Shown here piece by piece: positions 15,407 through 24,560 of a stretch of DNA of 64,000 bases. The notes under the pieces were generated by a model. The model saw nothing but the letters and a program-made list of their open reading frames with translations. It did not search any database and had not been told where the DNA came from. Each line of letters opens with the position of its first letter. Within the stretch, counting starts at the first letter, position 1. This stretch comes from an uncultured Gammaproteobacteria bacterium (lineage in GTDB: Bacteria > Patescibacteriota > Microgenomatia > Levybacterales > GWA1-39-11). The position numbers and the translations under genes were made by a program. Where the stretch lies: positions 12,545-76,544 of the forward strand of contig CAZHDZ010000005.1 in the NCBI GenBank assembly GCA_964531275.1, read 5' to 3'.

Positions 15407-17731
15407 TTAAGCGGCGATAGGTGGTGCAGTTGGAGTTCCGGTATTTGGATCTTCAACGGGGGTAGTAGGAATAGTTTCGGATCCAACAGTGCTTAACGGT
15501 GCTCCGCTTATTGCAGCAGCTACTTGCTCAGGAGTTTGAATTTCAGCTGTTGCCCCAGGAAAAGCAGATATGTTATCGGCAGTCGCTGCTGGAGCTTCCG
15601 TGCCAACGAGCGATGGTGCAGCTCCACTAGTTGCTGCGTTTATTTGTGCTGTGCTTTGAACTTCAGGGGTTACTCCTGGAAGTGCAGACATATTGTCTGG
15701 CAATGCAGTAGCAGTAGGTGTTGTTTCTGCAACAGCATCCGTGCCTATGGTTGTAGTGGTGTTAAGATCAGCAGCTATTTCTGGCTGAGTTGTAACTGAC
15801 TGTGTCTCAAGTGTTGCTGCGGGGAAAGGTGTTATATTGCTATTTTCTTCCGCTACATCTGCAGTTGAGGCGTCAGTGGTTACAGATGGGCTTGTCTCTG
15901 AAGTAGTTACCGCTGCAGGTATTGCAGGTTCTGCTGGGGCAGCAATATCTGGAATTGCAGGTAATACATTTCCATCGGGTGCAGTTATTTGAGTGGGGGT
16001 TATCTGGGGTGCTATCTCTTGAGACTGAACTACGTTGGTTGGAGCTGCTTCATTTGGTATTGCTGGATCTGTTACGGTTGCAGAATTTTCAGCTGGAGCT
16101 ATTGCACCGGTTAAATTAGAAGCGCTCCATTGATTTTCATTTGATGGATTTGCATCTGGAAGTGGCGTAGCGATAGCTTCAATTGGGGTATTTCCTGTTG
16201 TATCAGCTGTTGCATTTGCAACTACTTCATTTGCTTGAGCTAAAGTTGGATTCTCAATCGCAGGTGCGGTTGCTCCATCAGCTGGAAGTGCGTCACCTGT
16301 TGCTTCTGCATTTGCCGCAATGTCTGCAGCCTGAGTAAGAACATCAGTAGGAGCTGTGGGTTCTTGTGAACCGGTAATTGTCCCTGCTGTAGAGGTTTCA
16401 GAAAGACTTCCACTTGTTGCCTCAGCATTTGCAACTACTTCATTTGCTTGAGCTAAAGTTGGATTCTCAATCGCAGGTGCGGTTGCTCCATCAGCTGGAA
16501 GTGCGTCACCTGTTGCTTCTGCATTTGCCGCAATGTCTGCAGCCTGAGTAAGAACATCAGGTGCTGCGGCAGCTGGAGCAGCTGGCATTTCTAATGGTTG
16601 TTCTACGGCCAAAGGATCTGGTGTTGGTGCTTGTGCTTCGGGTAGGGCGGAAGCTGTAACGTCAGCGCTTAGAAGACCGTCCACGGGAGGAGTATAGGGA
16701 GGTGCGCTTTCTTCAGAACCCGTTACTGAGAGGGGATCGAGATTTGGTGCTTCATTTTTTGCAGCATTTGCAGCATCTTCTGCTGCGCCCGCGGTTGCGG
16801 CAGCATTTCTATCATAGTCAACTATTTCAGGATGAGCAGCAGCATCTGCTACAGGATCACTTACAGCCTTTGCTGCTTCAATAGGCGTAACGGTACTGTC
16901 AACTGTAGAAGCATCAATGGCAGTTGAAATGGGGGGTGCAACAAGCTCGTTGGATGGGGGTTGCGCGCTGGTACCTGGGAATTCCTGTGCGGGACCTGGA
17001 GCCGGTTCTACATTGAGATTTAATGATTCAGTCGCAGTAGCAGGGTCTGCCGTAGAAGGTGAGGATATTTCGGGAGTAGTCATTGCGGGTTGTTCTATAG
17101 CGGCTGGTGTTGATTCTGTTTTGTTCCAAGCTTCTTCAGCTGTTTTGTGAATCTCATCCATTGCTGCATCTAGTGATCCTGGGGTTCCGGTTGAAGGCGC
17201 ATCTGGAAGTTGTGAATTTCCTCCAAGTACTTTGTTTGCACTTGCTTCAGCAGCTTGAGCTTCTGGTGTTACTCCGGGTACAGGAGGTGTTGAGCCTCCG
17301 GCAAGAGCTGGGGGGACTTCTATTTTTGCTACTTTAGGTTCACCGGGTGCAAATCCCAGTCCTGGGCTCACCTCTGTTTTTGCAGCAACTGCTGTAGCTT
17401 TTGGTGCGTTGGGATCTTCATAAGTCTTTTGGATTGGATTCAGTTTTCCAAGAAATCCAAGGAGGCCACCTTTCTTATTTGGATTTGCTGCAGCTGCAGC
17501 AACTTCATTTGCTTTTTTTTCAGCAATTGCTCCAGGACCTGCGGTTTCGGACATATTGCCACTAGCAAGAACGCTACTAACTCCACCGAGGGAAGGGTTT
17601 TCAAGTGCAGGGGTACCAGTTAAGCTTGCCGCGCCAGCACTGGCTTGATCTAATACGTTTTCGGTTGTGGGTACAACTACTTGAGGGGCTTCTGCAACAG
17701 GAGCACCTCCGTTTGCTAATGGTTCGGACAT
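15407..17731 (-). CDS. 774-aa acidic, Ala/Pro/Thr/Glu-rich low-complexity (probably disordered) protein with an internal exact repeat; no signal peptide
   Basis: A continuous 774-codon ORF in AT-rich DNA. Repeated peptide DVLTQAADIAANAEATGDALPADGATAPAIENPTLAQANEVVANA occurs twice. No TM or signal peptide at the N-terminus. Confidence 0.5.
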   Translation of the reverse strand: MSEPLANGGAPVAEAPQVVVPTTENVLDQASAGAASLTGTPALENPSLGGVSSVLASGNMSETAGPGAIAEKKANEVAAAAANPNKKGGLLGFLGKLNPIQKTYEDPNAPKATAVAAKTEVSPGLGFAPGEPKVAKIEVPPALAGGSTPPVPGVTPEAQAAEASANKVLGGNSQLPDAPSTGTPGSLDAAMDEIHKTAEEAWNKTESTPAAIEQPAMTTPEISSPSTADPATATESLNLNVEPAPGPAQEFPGTSAQPPSNELVAPPISTAIDASTVDSTVTPIEAAKAVSDPVADAAAHPEIVDYDRNAAATAGAAEDAANAAKNEAPNLDPLSVTGSEESAPPYTPPVDGLLSADVTASALPEAQAPTPDPLAVEQPLEMPAAPAAAAPDVLTQAADIAANAEATGDALPADGATAPAIENPTLAQANEVVANAEATSGSLSETSTAGTITGSQEPTAPTDVLTQAADIAANAEATGDALPADGATAPAIENPTLAQANEVVANATADTTGNTPIEAIATPLPDANPSNENQWSASNLTGAIAPAENSATVTDPAIPNEAAPTNVVQSQEIAPQITPTQITAPDGNVLPAIPDIAAPAEPAIPAAVTTSETSPSVTTDASTADVAEENSNITPFPAATLETQSVTTQPEIAADLNTTTTIGTDAVAETTPTATALPDNMSALPGVTPEVQSTAQINAATSGAAPSLVGTEAPAATADNISAFPGATAEIQTPEQVAAAISGAPLSTVGSETIPTTPVEDPNTGTPTAPPIAA
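16212..16560 (-). repeat. Two perfect 136-bp direct repeats (16212-16347 and 16425-16560, period 213 bp = 71 codons) inside the low-complexity CDS
   Basis: The identical string gcatttgcaactacttcatttgcttgagctaaagttggattctcaatcgcaggtgcggttgctccatcagctggaagtgcgtcacctgttgcttctgcatttgccgcaatgtctgcagcctgagtaagaacatcag occurs twice. Confidence 0.85.
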
Positions 17732-17778
17732 ACTTCTAAGTTACAAGAAAATGAGGGTTGTTGTCAATACTTTGGCGC

Positions 17779-18573
17779 TTATTTATTGCCCTTTTTCCAT
17801 GGTGCACTTTGAAGCATTACGCCATAGACGTCGGTTGCAGGATCTATATCCAAGAGGTCTAATTCTTCTTTTGTCGGGGTGTGGTCTTGGAATTGTACAA
17901 AGGGAATATCAGTAACGATAGCAAGAGGGGTTTGTTCTGACGCTTCACCCATAACAACTGCAGCCGCGGCAGCAATTCCATCCATAACGCTTACCGTTGT
18001 CATTTTTAAAATTCTTCCAAATATGTCTGGTTTGCCCTTAAAGTCATTAATTGCAGTAAAACCGCTGTAAGCAATTCCGATACCAGTAATTCCATATCGA
18101 AGTGGTGTGGTTTTGCTATCGGTGATAAGAACGCCGACGTTTTTGAGTCCAAACTTTGTGTGTAGATGGTCACTTATTGTGTTGGCGCTTTCTTGAGCGT
18201 CGGTGGGCCATAAGACAAATTTTCCATCAGAGTTTGACTCATCAATACCGGCATTAACAGCAAGAACATTGTTTTTAATTGTTACAAAGAGATTAAATGT
18301 ATTTCCCTCTTTTGGAAGGTACATGTCAGCTTGCTTGAGGACTAAGTCATCTTTATTAACTTGATCATTTGAGATGACGTTTCCTTCACATATAGCAACA
18401 ATTTTGCTTGTAACGACCAGTATCGAATTCTCAGGAAGATGTGTAACATATTGATCAATTATCTTTAAGATGTCATTATCTTGAGAAGTGATCTTATGAG
18501 TCTTTATTGATGATATATTCATGTGTGAATTGTACATCATTTTGAACTCATTGACAAAATTTCCTGAGCCCAT
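17779..18573 (-). CDS. CofE-like protein (F420-0:gamma-glutamyl ligase family fold)
   Basis: Pattern ...VVTSKIVAICEG...NAGIDESN...GVLITDS..., typical of the CofE/PF01996 family. Function in this lineage is unknown. Confidence 0.6.
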   Translation of the reverse strand: MGSGNFVNEFKMMYNSHMNISSIKTHKITSQDNDILKIIDQYVTHLPENSILVVTSKIVAICEGNVISNDQVNKDDLVLKQADMYLPKEGNTFNLFVTIKNNVLAVNAGIDESNSDGKFVLWPTDAQESANTISDHLHTKFGLKNVGVLITDSKTTPLRYGITGIGIAYSGFTAINDFKGKPDIFGRILKMTTVSVMDGIAAAAAVVMGEASEQTPLAIVTDIPFVQFQDHTPTKEELDLLDIDPATDVYGVMLQSAPWKKGNK

Positions 18574-18584
18574 ATAATCGAACT

Positions 18585-19898
18585 ATGCCGCTTCCTGCCA
18601 GATATCAAAAAGCCGTTCCTGACATTGTAGAAGTTTGGGAGCCAGCTGGATACTTTAAAGCACAAATGGGTATTTGGGCAGCTGTTTGTGAAGCCTCGAG
18701 TGAGCTTAATGGAAAGCCAACAGCAGAAGAACTAACTCAGATTAAGGAAGCGTTGACATTAACACCTCAAGAAATAGTTGAACTATCTGCACCAACAGGT
18801 CATGAGACTAACAAGCTATTGCGAAAAATTCAGGGAAAGCTTTCAGATGAAACTGGCAATTATATTCATCGAGGTAATACTTCAAGTGACGTTTTGGATA
18901 CCAGCATCGCATTACAATCAGTTGAGTCGTTACAGCTGATTGAGCATGAATTTGTAGAGTTAAGAAAAAGTCTATATGTGCTTGCTGTAAAACATAGAGA
19001 TACGCTGCAAATTGCCCGTACTCACGGTCAGCACGCAATCCCTCAAACTTTTGGTAGACAGGTCCTTGGATGGTCCGAGGGTATAACGCGTAGCATAGAA
19101 AGAACTAAGAGGGCACAAGACGTGATAGCTTACGGAAAGTTGTCAGGTGAAGTTGGTACAAATGTTTTTATATCACCAGAGTTGGAAGAATTAGCCCTTA
19201 AGAAGTTGGGACTCAAATCAGAATTAGCTCCGACTCAGGTAATAGGGAGAGATAGACATTTGGAAATGCTTTCTCTTATGACTGTTAATGCTAGATGGCT
19301 CGGAAAAATAGCAAATGATCTTCGTATGCTATGCATGACGGACATTGGAGAAGTTAGAGAGCCATTTGAAGATGACAAGCAAGGATCCAGCGCAATGCCT
19401 CATAAAAGAAATCCGGATGGCCTTGAAAGAGTATTGGGACTTACGAGAGTTGTTGCGGGGGCATCAGAAATAGAGTCTGAGTCGGTGGAGCTGTTATTTG
19501 AAAGAGATATTAGTCATTCATCGGTAGAAAGATTTAGTCTTCCCGATTCTTTTGGGGCTTTGCTATATGCTACTCAGCTGACAAGAAAAATTATTGATGG
19601 TCTTGAAGTCTTCCCCGATAAAATGATAGAAAATCTCGAGAGAACCTACGGGTCAATTTACAGTTCACGACTACTTAATACTTTGCTTGATAAAAATGCA
19701 TTTAGTAGGACTGAAGGTTACGATGTGGTTAAAGAGTTAGCGCAAAAAGCCATAGATACAAGAACGCCTCTTTTAGAAATAGCAACAGTAGATCCTCGGA
19801 TATCATCACATTTTGAAAAAGGAGAGCTTGAGGAGCAGTTTGACCCTACATTTTATCTCAAAAATATAGGTGTGGCTTTTGAAAGAGCAGGTCTATAA
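18585..19898 (+). CDS. purB: Adenylosuccinate lyase
   Basis: GNTSSDVLDT, ARTHGQHAIPQTFG, fumarate-lyase signature GSSAMPHKRNP, ERDISHSSVER and C-terminal YLKNIGVAFERAGL. The whole length aligns with Bacillus PurB. Confidence 0.88.
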   Translation: MPLPARYQKAVPDIVEVWEPAGYFKAQMGIWAAVCEASSELNGKPTAEELTQIKEALTLTPQEIVELSAPTGHETNKLLRKIQGKLSDETGNYIHRGNTSSDVLDTSIALQSVESLQLIEHEFVELRKSLYVLAVKHRDTLQIARTHGQHAIPQTFGRQVLGWSEGITRSIERTKRAQDVIAYGKLSGEVGTNVFISPELEELALKKLGLKSELAPTQVIGRDRHLEMLSLMTVNARWLGKIANDLRMLCMTDIGEVREPFEDDKQGSSAMPHKRNPDGLERVLGLTRVVAGASEIESESVELLFERDISHSSVERFSLPDSFGALLYATQLTRKIIDGLEVFPDKMIENLERTYGSIYSSRLLNTLLDKNAFSRTEGYDVVKELAQKAIDTRTPLLEIATVDPRISSHFEKGELEEQFDPTFYLKNIGVAFERAGL

Positions 19899-19912
19899 GA
19901 CGTAATACATCT

Positions 19913-21103
19913 CTAGAATTTAGGTACTAGAATATTGTCCAAATCAATAAATCCGTGTTTTTGAAGTAATGATGAAAGAATGGGGGACTTTGTGGCATAT
20001 AAGAGTTTTTGGGGATAGTTCTCAAGGATAAGGTTCTCTACCTCATGATAGCCCAAAAGATAAGATGCATCCTTGGGAAATCCACCAGGTTCTGCGGTAT
20101 TTTTCATCCCTCTTTTCACCCTGTATGTCATAACAAAAGCCCGTTTTGAGTCGAGTTCTTCGCTGAGATGGTCATAAATTTCCCGAAAGCTTTTATCTAG
20201 CAATCTGACTGCTTTAATTCTGTTGTAATATATCTCAAAGGCAGACGGAGTAATTTTTCTTGTAGTAATTTCATTGTATACAGCAAGGCCTTCCCCATAG
20301 AGATGCTGATTTCCATATTTCACAAATTCTGACAATGGGGTAGGAGAATTTTTCATGTTTTGGGTTTGGATGGCATGGCTTTCAATTTCATGTACGATAA
20401 GTCTATCCACATTGCATTCAAATCTCTTAACAGCAGCCCCGATGCTTACTGATTTGTAGCCCACGCTTACTATATGTGGGCTGAATTCGTCTACTCTTAC
20501 CTCAAAGTCAGTTAAGTTGTATTTACTGAGTGCCTCAATAAATTTTTCTTTAATTACATATGCATCAACCAGCTTGTGTTCTATGTACATAGTAAATTCC
20601 ACAGCTGGTGTGTTTGCTAAAATTATCTCAAGCCTATCTGTGCCCCAGTCAAATAGCTTGTGTGCATACTCAGAAAATTGACTGGTACCAATAAGCTTTT
20701 TAGTTAAATATAGGTTATTTTGATCTTCAAGAAAGTTAAAAATATGTTCCTTGATGTCATCAGGTACATCAAGCTTATCTACCTTTAATTTAAATCCGTC
20801 GATCATGCTAGAGAAATCTGGAAGATCTGGCTCTCTATAGATATAAATGGGGTTATACGAAGCAGATGAATTAAAAGCATTCATCTCTTCTTGATAATTT
20901 AGGGGTGTAAGAGATGTTGTTCCAAGTCTTAAGGTCTTTTTTATTTCGATTATTTCTTGGGCTAATTCTTGAAGTTGTTGTCTATTACTATCAGTCACAA
21001 GAATATATGGTAGCACTAAGACATTTTTTTGTCTAATGCCTTTTTTACAAAGCTTGCAGGTCAGAAATGTCGCATAAAAGCCAAATCCAATTGATATCTT
21101 CAT
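19913..21103 (-). CDS. DUF1704-family protein (flavohemoglobin expression-modulating 'QEGLA-motif' family; putative Zn-peptidase-like)
   Basis: HEIESHAIQ (HExxH) and YGEGLAVYNE (QEGLA-like motif). The N-terminus lies inside a tandem duplication, so the start is uncertain. Confidence 0.5.
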   Translation of the reverse strand: MKISIGFGFYATFLTCKLCKKGIRQKNVLVLPYILVTDSNRQQLQELAQEIIEIKKTLRLGTTSLTPLNYQEEMNAFNSSASYNPIYIYREPDLPDFSSMIDGFKLKVDKLDVPDDIKEHIFNFLEDQNNLYLTKKLIGTSQFSEYAHKLFDWGTDRLEIILANTPAVEFTMYIEHKLVDAYVIKEKFIEALSKYNLTDFEVRVDEFSPHIVSVGYKSVSIGAAVKRFECNVDRLIVHEIESHAIQTQNMKNSPTPLSEFVKYGNQHLYGEGLAVYNEITTRKITPSAFEIYYNRIKAVRLLDKSFREIYDHLSEELDSKRAFVMTYRVKRGMKNTAEPGGFPKDASYLLGYHEVENLILENYPQKLLYATKSPILSSLLQKHGFIDLDNILVPKF

Positions 21104-21175
21104 TTGAGGTTGGCTTTATAGCATTTATGATAAAAGCCAAATCCAATTGATATCTTCATTTGAGGTTGGCTTTAT
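21074..21175. repeat. Perfect 46-bp tandem duplication (21074-21119 and 21130-21175, 10-bp spacer) spanning the divergent 5' ends of two genes
   Basis: ataaaagccaaatccaattgatatcttcatttgaggttggctttat occurs twice. Copy 1 contains the minus-strand ATG of the DUF1704 gene. Copy 2 contains the TTG at 21147 listed by the ORF track as the start of ORF 21147-22769. Confidence 0.85.
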
Positions 21176-21185
21176 TGCATTCGCC

Positions 21186-22769
21186 ATGTCCACTACATAT
21201 ACTATCTTCATGCAGTTGAATAAGTATTCAGAGAGTCTTATACAAATATTTGAGAAGGCAAAAGAAACTCCGATTGAAAGTGCAAATGCCATAAATCCTT
21301 TGGTTTCAGAGCTTGCATCATGGTATGAAAAATTTAGAAATTCGATTGAATATAGAGATGAGGAGGTAATACTAAGAGCCTCTATAGAGCGAATATTGAA
21401 GAGGCGGTTGGCTCTTGGCGGCAATGGGGCAACAACTGCAAAACCATTACTTAAGGAATTAGTCTGGGCCAGATATTTCCCTGAAAGTCTTTATACGGAA
21501 GACACAATTGCATCTCTTGAAAAGGTAATTAATTTTTACATTCACTTAAAGAGTGAAGTGGTAAAGTCTCAGCAAGTAAAAGAGGGAGACATGCGAGAGT
21601 TAATGTTCCAGCTTATGTCTTCGGATATTGAAGAAATGCTGCATCCAAATAAAGTAGAGGAGGCTGTCGGAAACTACATTTTTCATGTTCTTCAGAAAAG
21701 CATTTCAGCAGTAGAGGCAACTGAAGAGCAGCGTGATATTCAGCTATTTATAGCGATACGCAAGGCATATTCAAAAGATGATCTTGCCTTTTTGAGATAC
21801 AAATTATTTACTCAGTATTTCGGCGAGATGTCTAGGATGGAGGTTTCTGTAGTTGCTGAGCAATTCGGACAGGCACATAAGCAAATAGAAGCGCAACTCA
21901 CCCACCCTGCACGTTTTAAGATTTTAGGTTATGTAAAAAGACAAATTCCGGCCTTCCTAATAATGGAGGATATATTTGCAACACAAACCAATATAAAGGA
22001 GTTAGCAGAGAATGAGGAAGATTTAAATTCAGTAATCAATTCTGCCTGTAAGAAAAAATATAAAACAATTTCTGAAAAAGTACGGCGGGCAATTATCAGA
22101 AGCGTAATATTTATTTTGCTTTCAAAAACAGTAATTGCTTTTGGAATAGAGGGTACCTACGAAAGAGTATTTCTGGGACATATTCAATGGCTGACGCTTG
22201 CATTGAATGTTATTATCCCGACCATTTTTATGATTGTAGTAGGATTTTCTATCAGGACTCCTGGTGAGAAGAATTCAAGGCTAATACTTACTAGAATTCA
22301 CTCACTTCTTTTTAGCGAAGATCCAAAAATTGGAAGAACATTAGCTTTTCCATCTTCTGAGAAAAAACCGAGAAGTGTAATTGAAGGAGTTTTTGGTATT
22401 CTTTGGGTTGCTGCATTTCTTTTGAGCTTTGGTGCTATATCTTTAGGTCTTTCACTCTTAGGATTTTCGGCAGTAAGCCAGGCAATTTTTATATTCTTTT
22501 TGGCAATTGTAAGTTTCCTTGCATATCGCATCAATATTACCGCTCATGAATATAGCGTTGAGAATAGTCAGGGAATTTTGACTCCGATAGTGGATTTCTT
22601 TTTCATGCCTATTGCAAGGGTTGGACAATACTTAACCGCGGGTATCTCTCAAGTGAATATATTCTTATTTATATTGGATTTTCTCATAGAGGCCCCGTAC
22701 AAAGGACTCGTGGGATTCTTTGATCAGTGGTTCTTCTTCTTGCATAACAAGAGGGAAGAGATAGGCTGA
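21186..22769 (+). CDS. Hypothetical protein: ~330-aa soluble N-terminal domain plus C-terminal multi-TM domain
   Basis: Long ORF. C-terminal hydrophobic helices (VIFILLSKTVIAFGI, WLTLALNVIIPTIFMIVVGF, GVFGILWVAAFLLSFGAISLGLSLLGF...). The track start is a TTG at 21147; the first ATG is at 21186. Confidence 0.5.
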   Translation: MSTTYTIFMQLNKYSESLIQIFEKAKETPIESANAINPLVSELASWYEKFRNSIEYRDEEVILRASIERILKRRLALGGNGATTAKPLLKELVWARYFPESLYTEDTIASLEKVINFYIHLKSEVVKSQQVKEGDMRELMFQLMSSDIEEMLHPNKVEEAVGNYIFHVLQKSISAVEATEEQRDIQLFIAIRKAYSKDDLAFLRYKLFTQYFGEMSRMEVSVVAEQFGQAHKQIEAQLTHPARFKILGYVKRQIPAFLIMEDIFATQTNIKELAENEEDLNSVINSACKKKYKTISEKVRRAIIRSVIFILLSKTVIAFGIEGTYERVFLGHIQWLTLALNVIIPTIFMIVVGFSIRTPGEKNSRLILTRIHSLLFSEDPKIGRTLAFPSSEKKPRSVIEGVFGILWVAAFLLSFGAISLGLSLLGFSAVSQAIFIFFLAIVSFLAYRINITAHEYSVENSQGILTPIVDFFFMPIARVGQYLTAGISQVNIFLFILDFLIEAPYKGLVGFFDQWFFFLHNKREEIG

Positions 22770-22775
22770 TATAAC

Positions 22776-22896
22776 GAGTCCTGTCATGTCTTTTCCCCAT
22801 TGTCGAGTCTCACCATTTGTGCTCTACTTGTTTAACTTTTTCATTGATCGTTTGCTCATGTTCTCAATTGGGTCCCTAACTTGCATTACCCACAGG
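22776..22896 (+). repeat. Intergenic element copy B
   Basis: gagtcctgtcatgtcttttccccatt...gctctac...tcaattgggtccc..cat..cccacagg. Begins 7 nt after the stop at 22769. Confidence 0.55.
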
Positions 22897-22915
22897 AAAT
22901 AGGAGTACGATTTGC

Positions 22916-23791
22916 TTAAAAGATAAGGAGAATGACGCCGGCAAGCATAATAATTGTTGCGACAAGGCGACTTAGTATATTTTTTTCTTTCAAAAGCACT
23001 CCTCCGAAAACAACTGTAATTAGCGTTGATAATTTAAAAACGGCATTTGGATATGCAACATTTGTCAAAGAGAATGCAGTAAAAGCTGCAAATTGAGAAG
23101 CTGCTCCTAGTATGCCAAGCAATAGAAATAGTGGACTATATTTTTTTATTGTTGGAATAGATATTTTTTGCTTTTTAAGAAGAATGATTAAAAGTAAAAT
23201 TCCAAATATACCTATTGAGTTTACGACCGAAATGTAGGCTGGGGTTTGTGGAAATGTGGCAAGAACTGCTTGTTTTTGGAAAATTGGGGTGAGTGACCAT
23301 ATAAAATTGGCAAGAAGGAAGAGCTGTGCTCCACGATCAAATATCACGTCCTGAATTGGTCTTAAAAATCCCTTTCTAATGTCTTTTAAATTAAGAACAT
23401 ATACTCCGATAACAATTAAGACAATTCCAAATAATTTTACAGGGGTGGGAATTTCTTTAAACAAAATTGCATTAAAAATTAGAGTAAAAACAGGAAGAAA
23501 AGATGACAACGGTACAATGAGTGAAAGATCTGAAAGTTGAATCCCTTTAATAGAACAGATAAACGCAACTACATCAAGCCCAATAGAAAGTATCATGAAA
23601 AAATGAAAGCTAGATGAGACGATTGGTGCACCGCCTAAAAAGAGGAGGAGCAATATGTCAAAAGGAATAATAAAGCCAAAATATAGTATTAAAAATCTAA
23701 GCGGAGAAACTTCTTTGGAAATTTTTTTCGTGAGAATGTTTGTGGTAGAGCTTGATGCTGCCACAAACAATGAAAGAAAAAACCAGAGCAT
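22916..23791 (-). CDS. EamA/DMT-superfamily transporter (10 TM)
   Basis: Two repeated 5-TM halves with hydrophobic helices throughout, typical of the EamA family. Confidence 0.55.
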   Translation of the reverse strand: MLWFFLSLFVAASSSTTNILTKKISKEVSPLRFLILYFGFIIPFDILLLLFLGGAPIVSSSFHFFMILSIGLDVVAFICSIKGIQLSDLSLIVPLSSFLPVFTLIFNAILFKEIPTPVKLFGIVLIVIGVYVLNLKDIRKGFLRPIQDVIFDRGAQLFLLANFIWSLTPIFQKQAVLATFPQTPAYISVVNSIGIFGILLLIILLKKQKISIPTIKKYSPLFLLLGILGAASQFAAFTAFSLTNVAYPNAVFKLSTLITVVFGGVLLKEKNILSRLVATIIMLAGVILLIF

Positions 23792-23800
23792 GAAGAGTTC

Positions 23801-24136
23801 TTATTTAATGTCCAGTAGTTCTACTTCGAAGTAAAGATCAGCAAGCGGTGGTATTACATTTCCTGCGCCTTCTTCACCATAAGCCATTGTGTAGGGGATA
23901 AATAGTTTTCTTTTCCCTCCAACTTTCATTCCAGGAACGCCTTCGTCCCATCCTCTTATTACATGTCCAACTCCTATTTTTGTTTCAAAGGGAAAGCCCT
24001 TATCAATAGATGAATCAAATTTTTCACCGTCTTCAAATGTTCCAACGTAATGAATAACTATAGTGTCTCCTTCTTTCACTTCGCGGCCTGTTCCAACAAC
24101 GAGGTCTTCAATTTTGAGTTCTGGGGGACGTGCCAT
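23801..24136 (-). CDS. FKBP-type peptidyl-prolyl cis-trans isomerase
   Basis: GDTIVIHYVGTFEDGEKFDSS...GVGHVIRGWDEGVPGMKVGGKRKLFIPYTMAYGEEG...LYFEVELLDI. Confidence 0.85.
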   Translation of the reverse strand: MARPPELKIEDLVVGTGREVKEGDTIVIHYVGTFEDGEKFDSSIDKGFPFETKIGVGHVIRGWDEGVPGMKVGGKRKLFIPYTMAYGEEGAGNVIPPLADLYFEVELLDIK

Positions 24137-24189
24137 ATGAAGTTAAAGTATACCTTTTTATGCGTAGAAAGTACAGACCCAAGATGCAA

Positions 24190-24477
24190 TTATTTAACTC
24201 CTACAAAATCAATATATGGGAGAAATGAGCGGATTTGGTCCCAAAATTTGTCTGAGAGACCGGTTGAGAATTTCGAGTACTGGCCTTTATCTTGCTGTGA
24301 AGTAAGTCGTCTTTCATAATCACGAATTATCTCAACCACAACCTTGCCTTTTTCGTTGAACTCCGGCTTAAGTGAGTCATCTTGCATGAATTTATCATGA
24401 ACATCCTTAAAGTCTAAAAAAAGATCGCGATGTTCTTGCATCATGTCTAAAAATAATTGACGATATTTTGCGGCCAT
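24190..24477 (-). CDS. Hypothetical small protein
   Basis: ORF only; compact fit between neighbours. Confidence 0.35.
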   Translation of the reverse strand: MAAKYRQLFLDMMQEHRDLFLDFKDVHDKFMQDDSLKPEFNEKGKVVVEIIRDYERRLTSQQDKGQYSKFSTGLSDKFWDQIRSFLPYIDFVGVK

Positions 24478-24560
24478 GTTCGGTAAATATTAAATACTAA
24501 GTTGCTAATAGTCAAGATACAGAGCGATTTGACGGAGAATTTTGGTATAATAGAACCTCC

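Noticed and set aside
15524-17623. Several 60-90 aa + strand ORFs (for example 15524-15799, 16702-16884, 16917-17150, 17107-17337) inside the 774-aa low-complexity gene
   Set aside because: They are antisense reading frames through biased repetitive sequence (Leu/Gln/His-rich translations). None has a start context, and the long minus-strand ORF explains the region.
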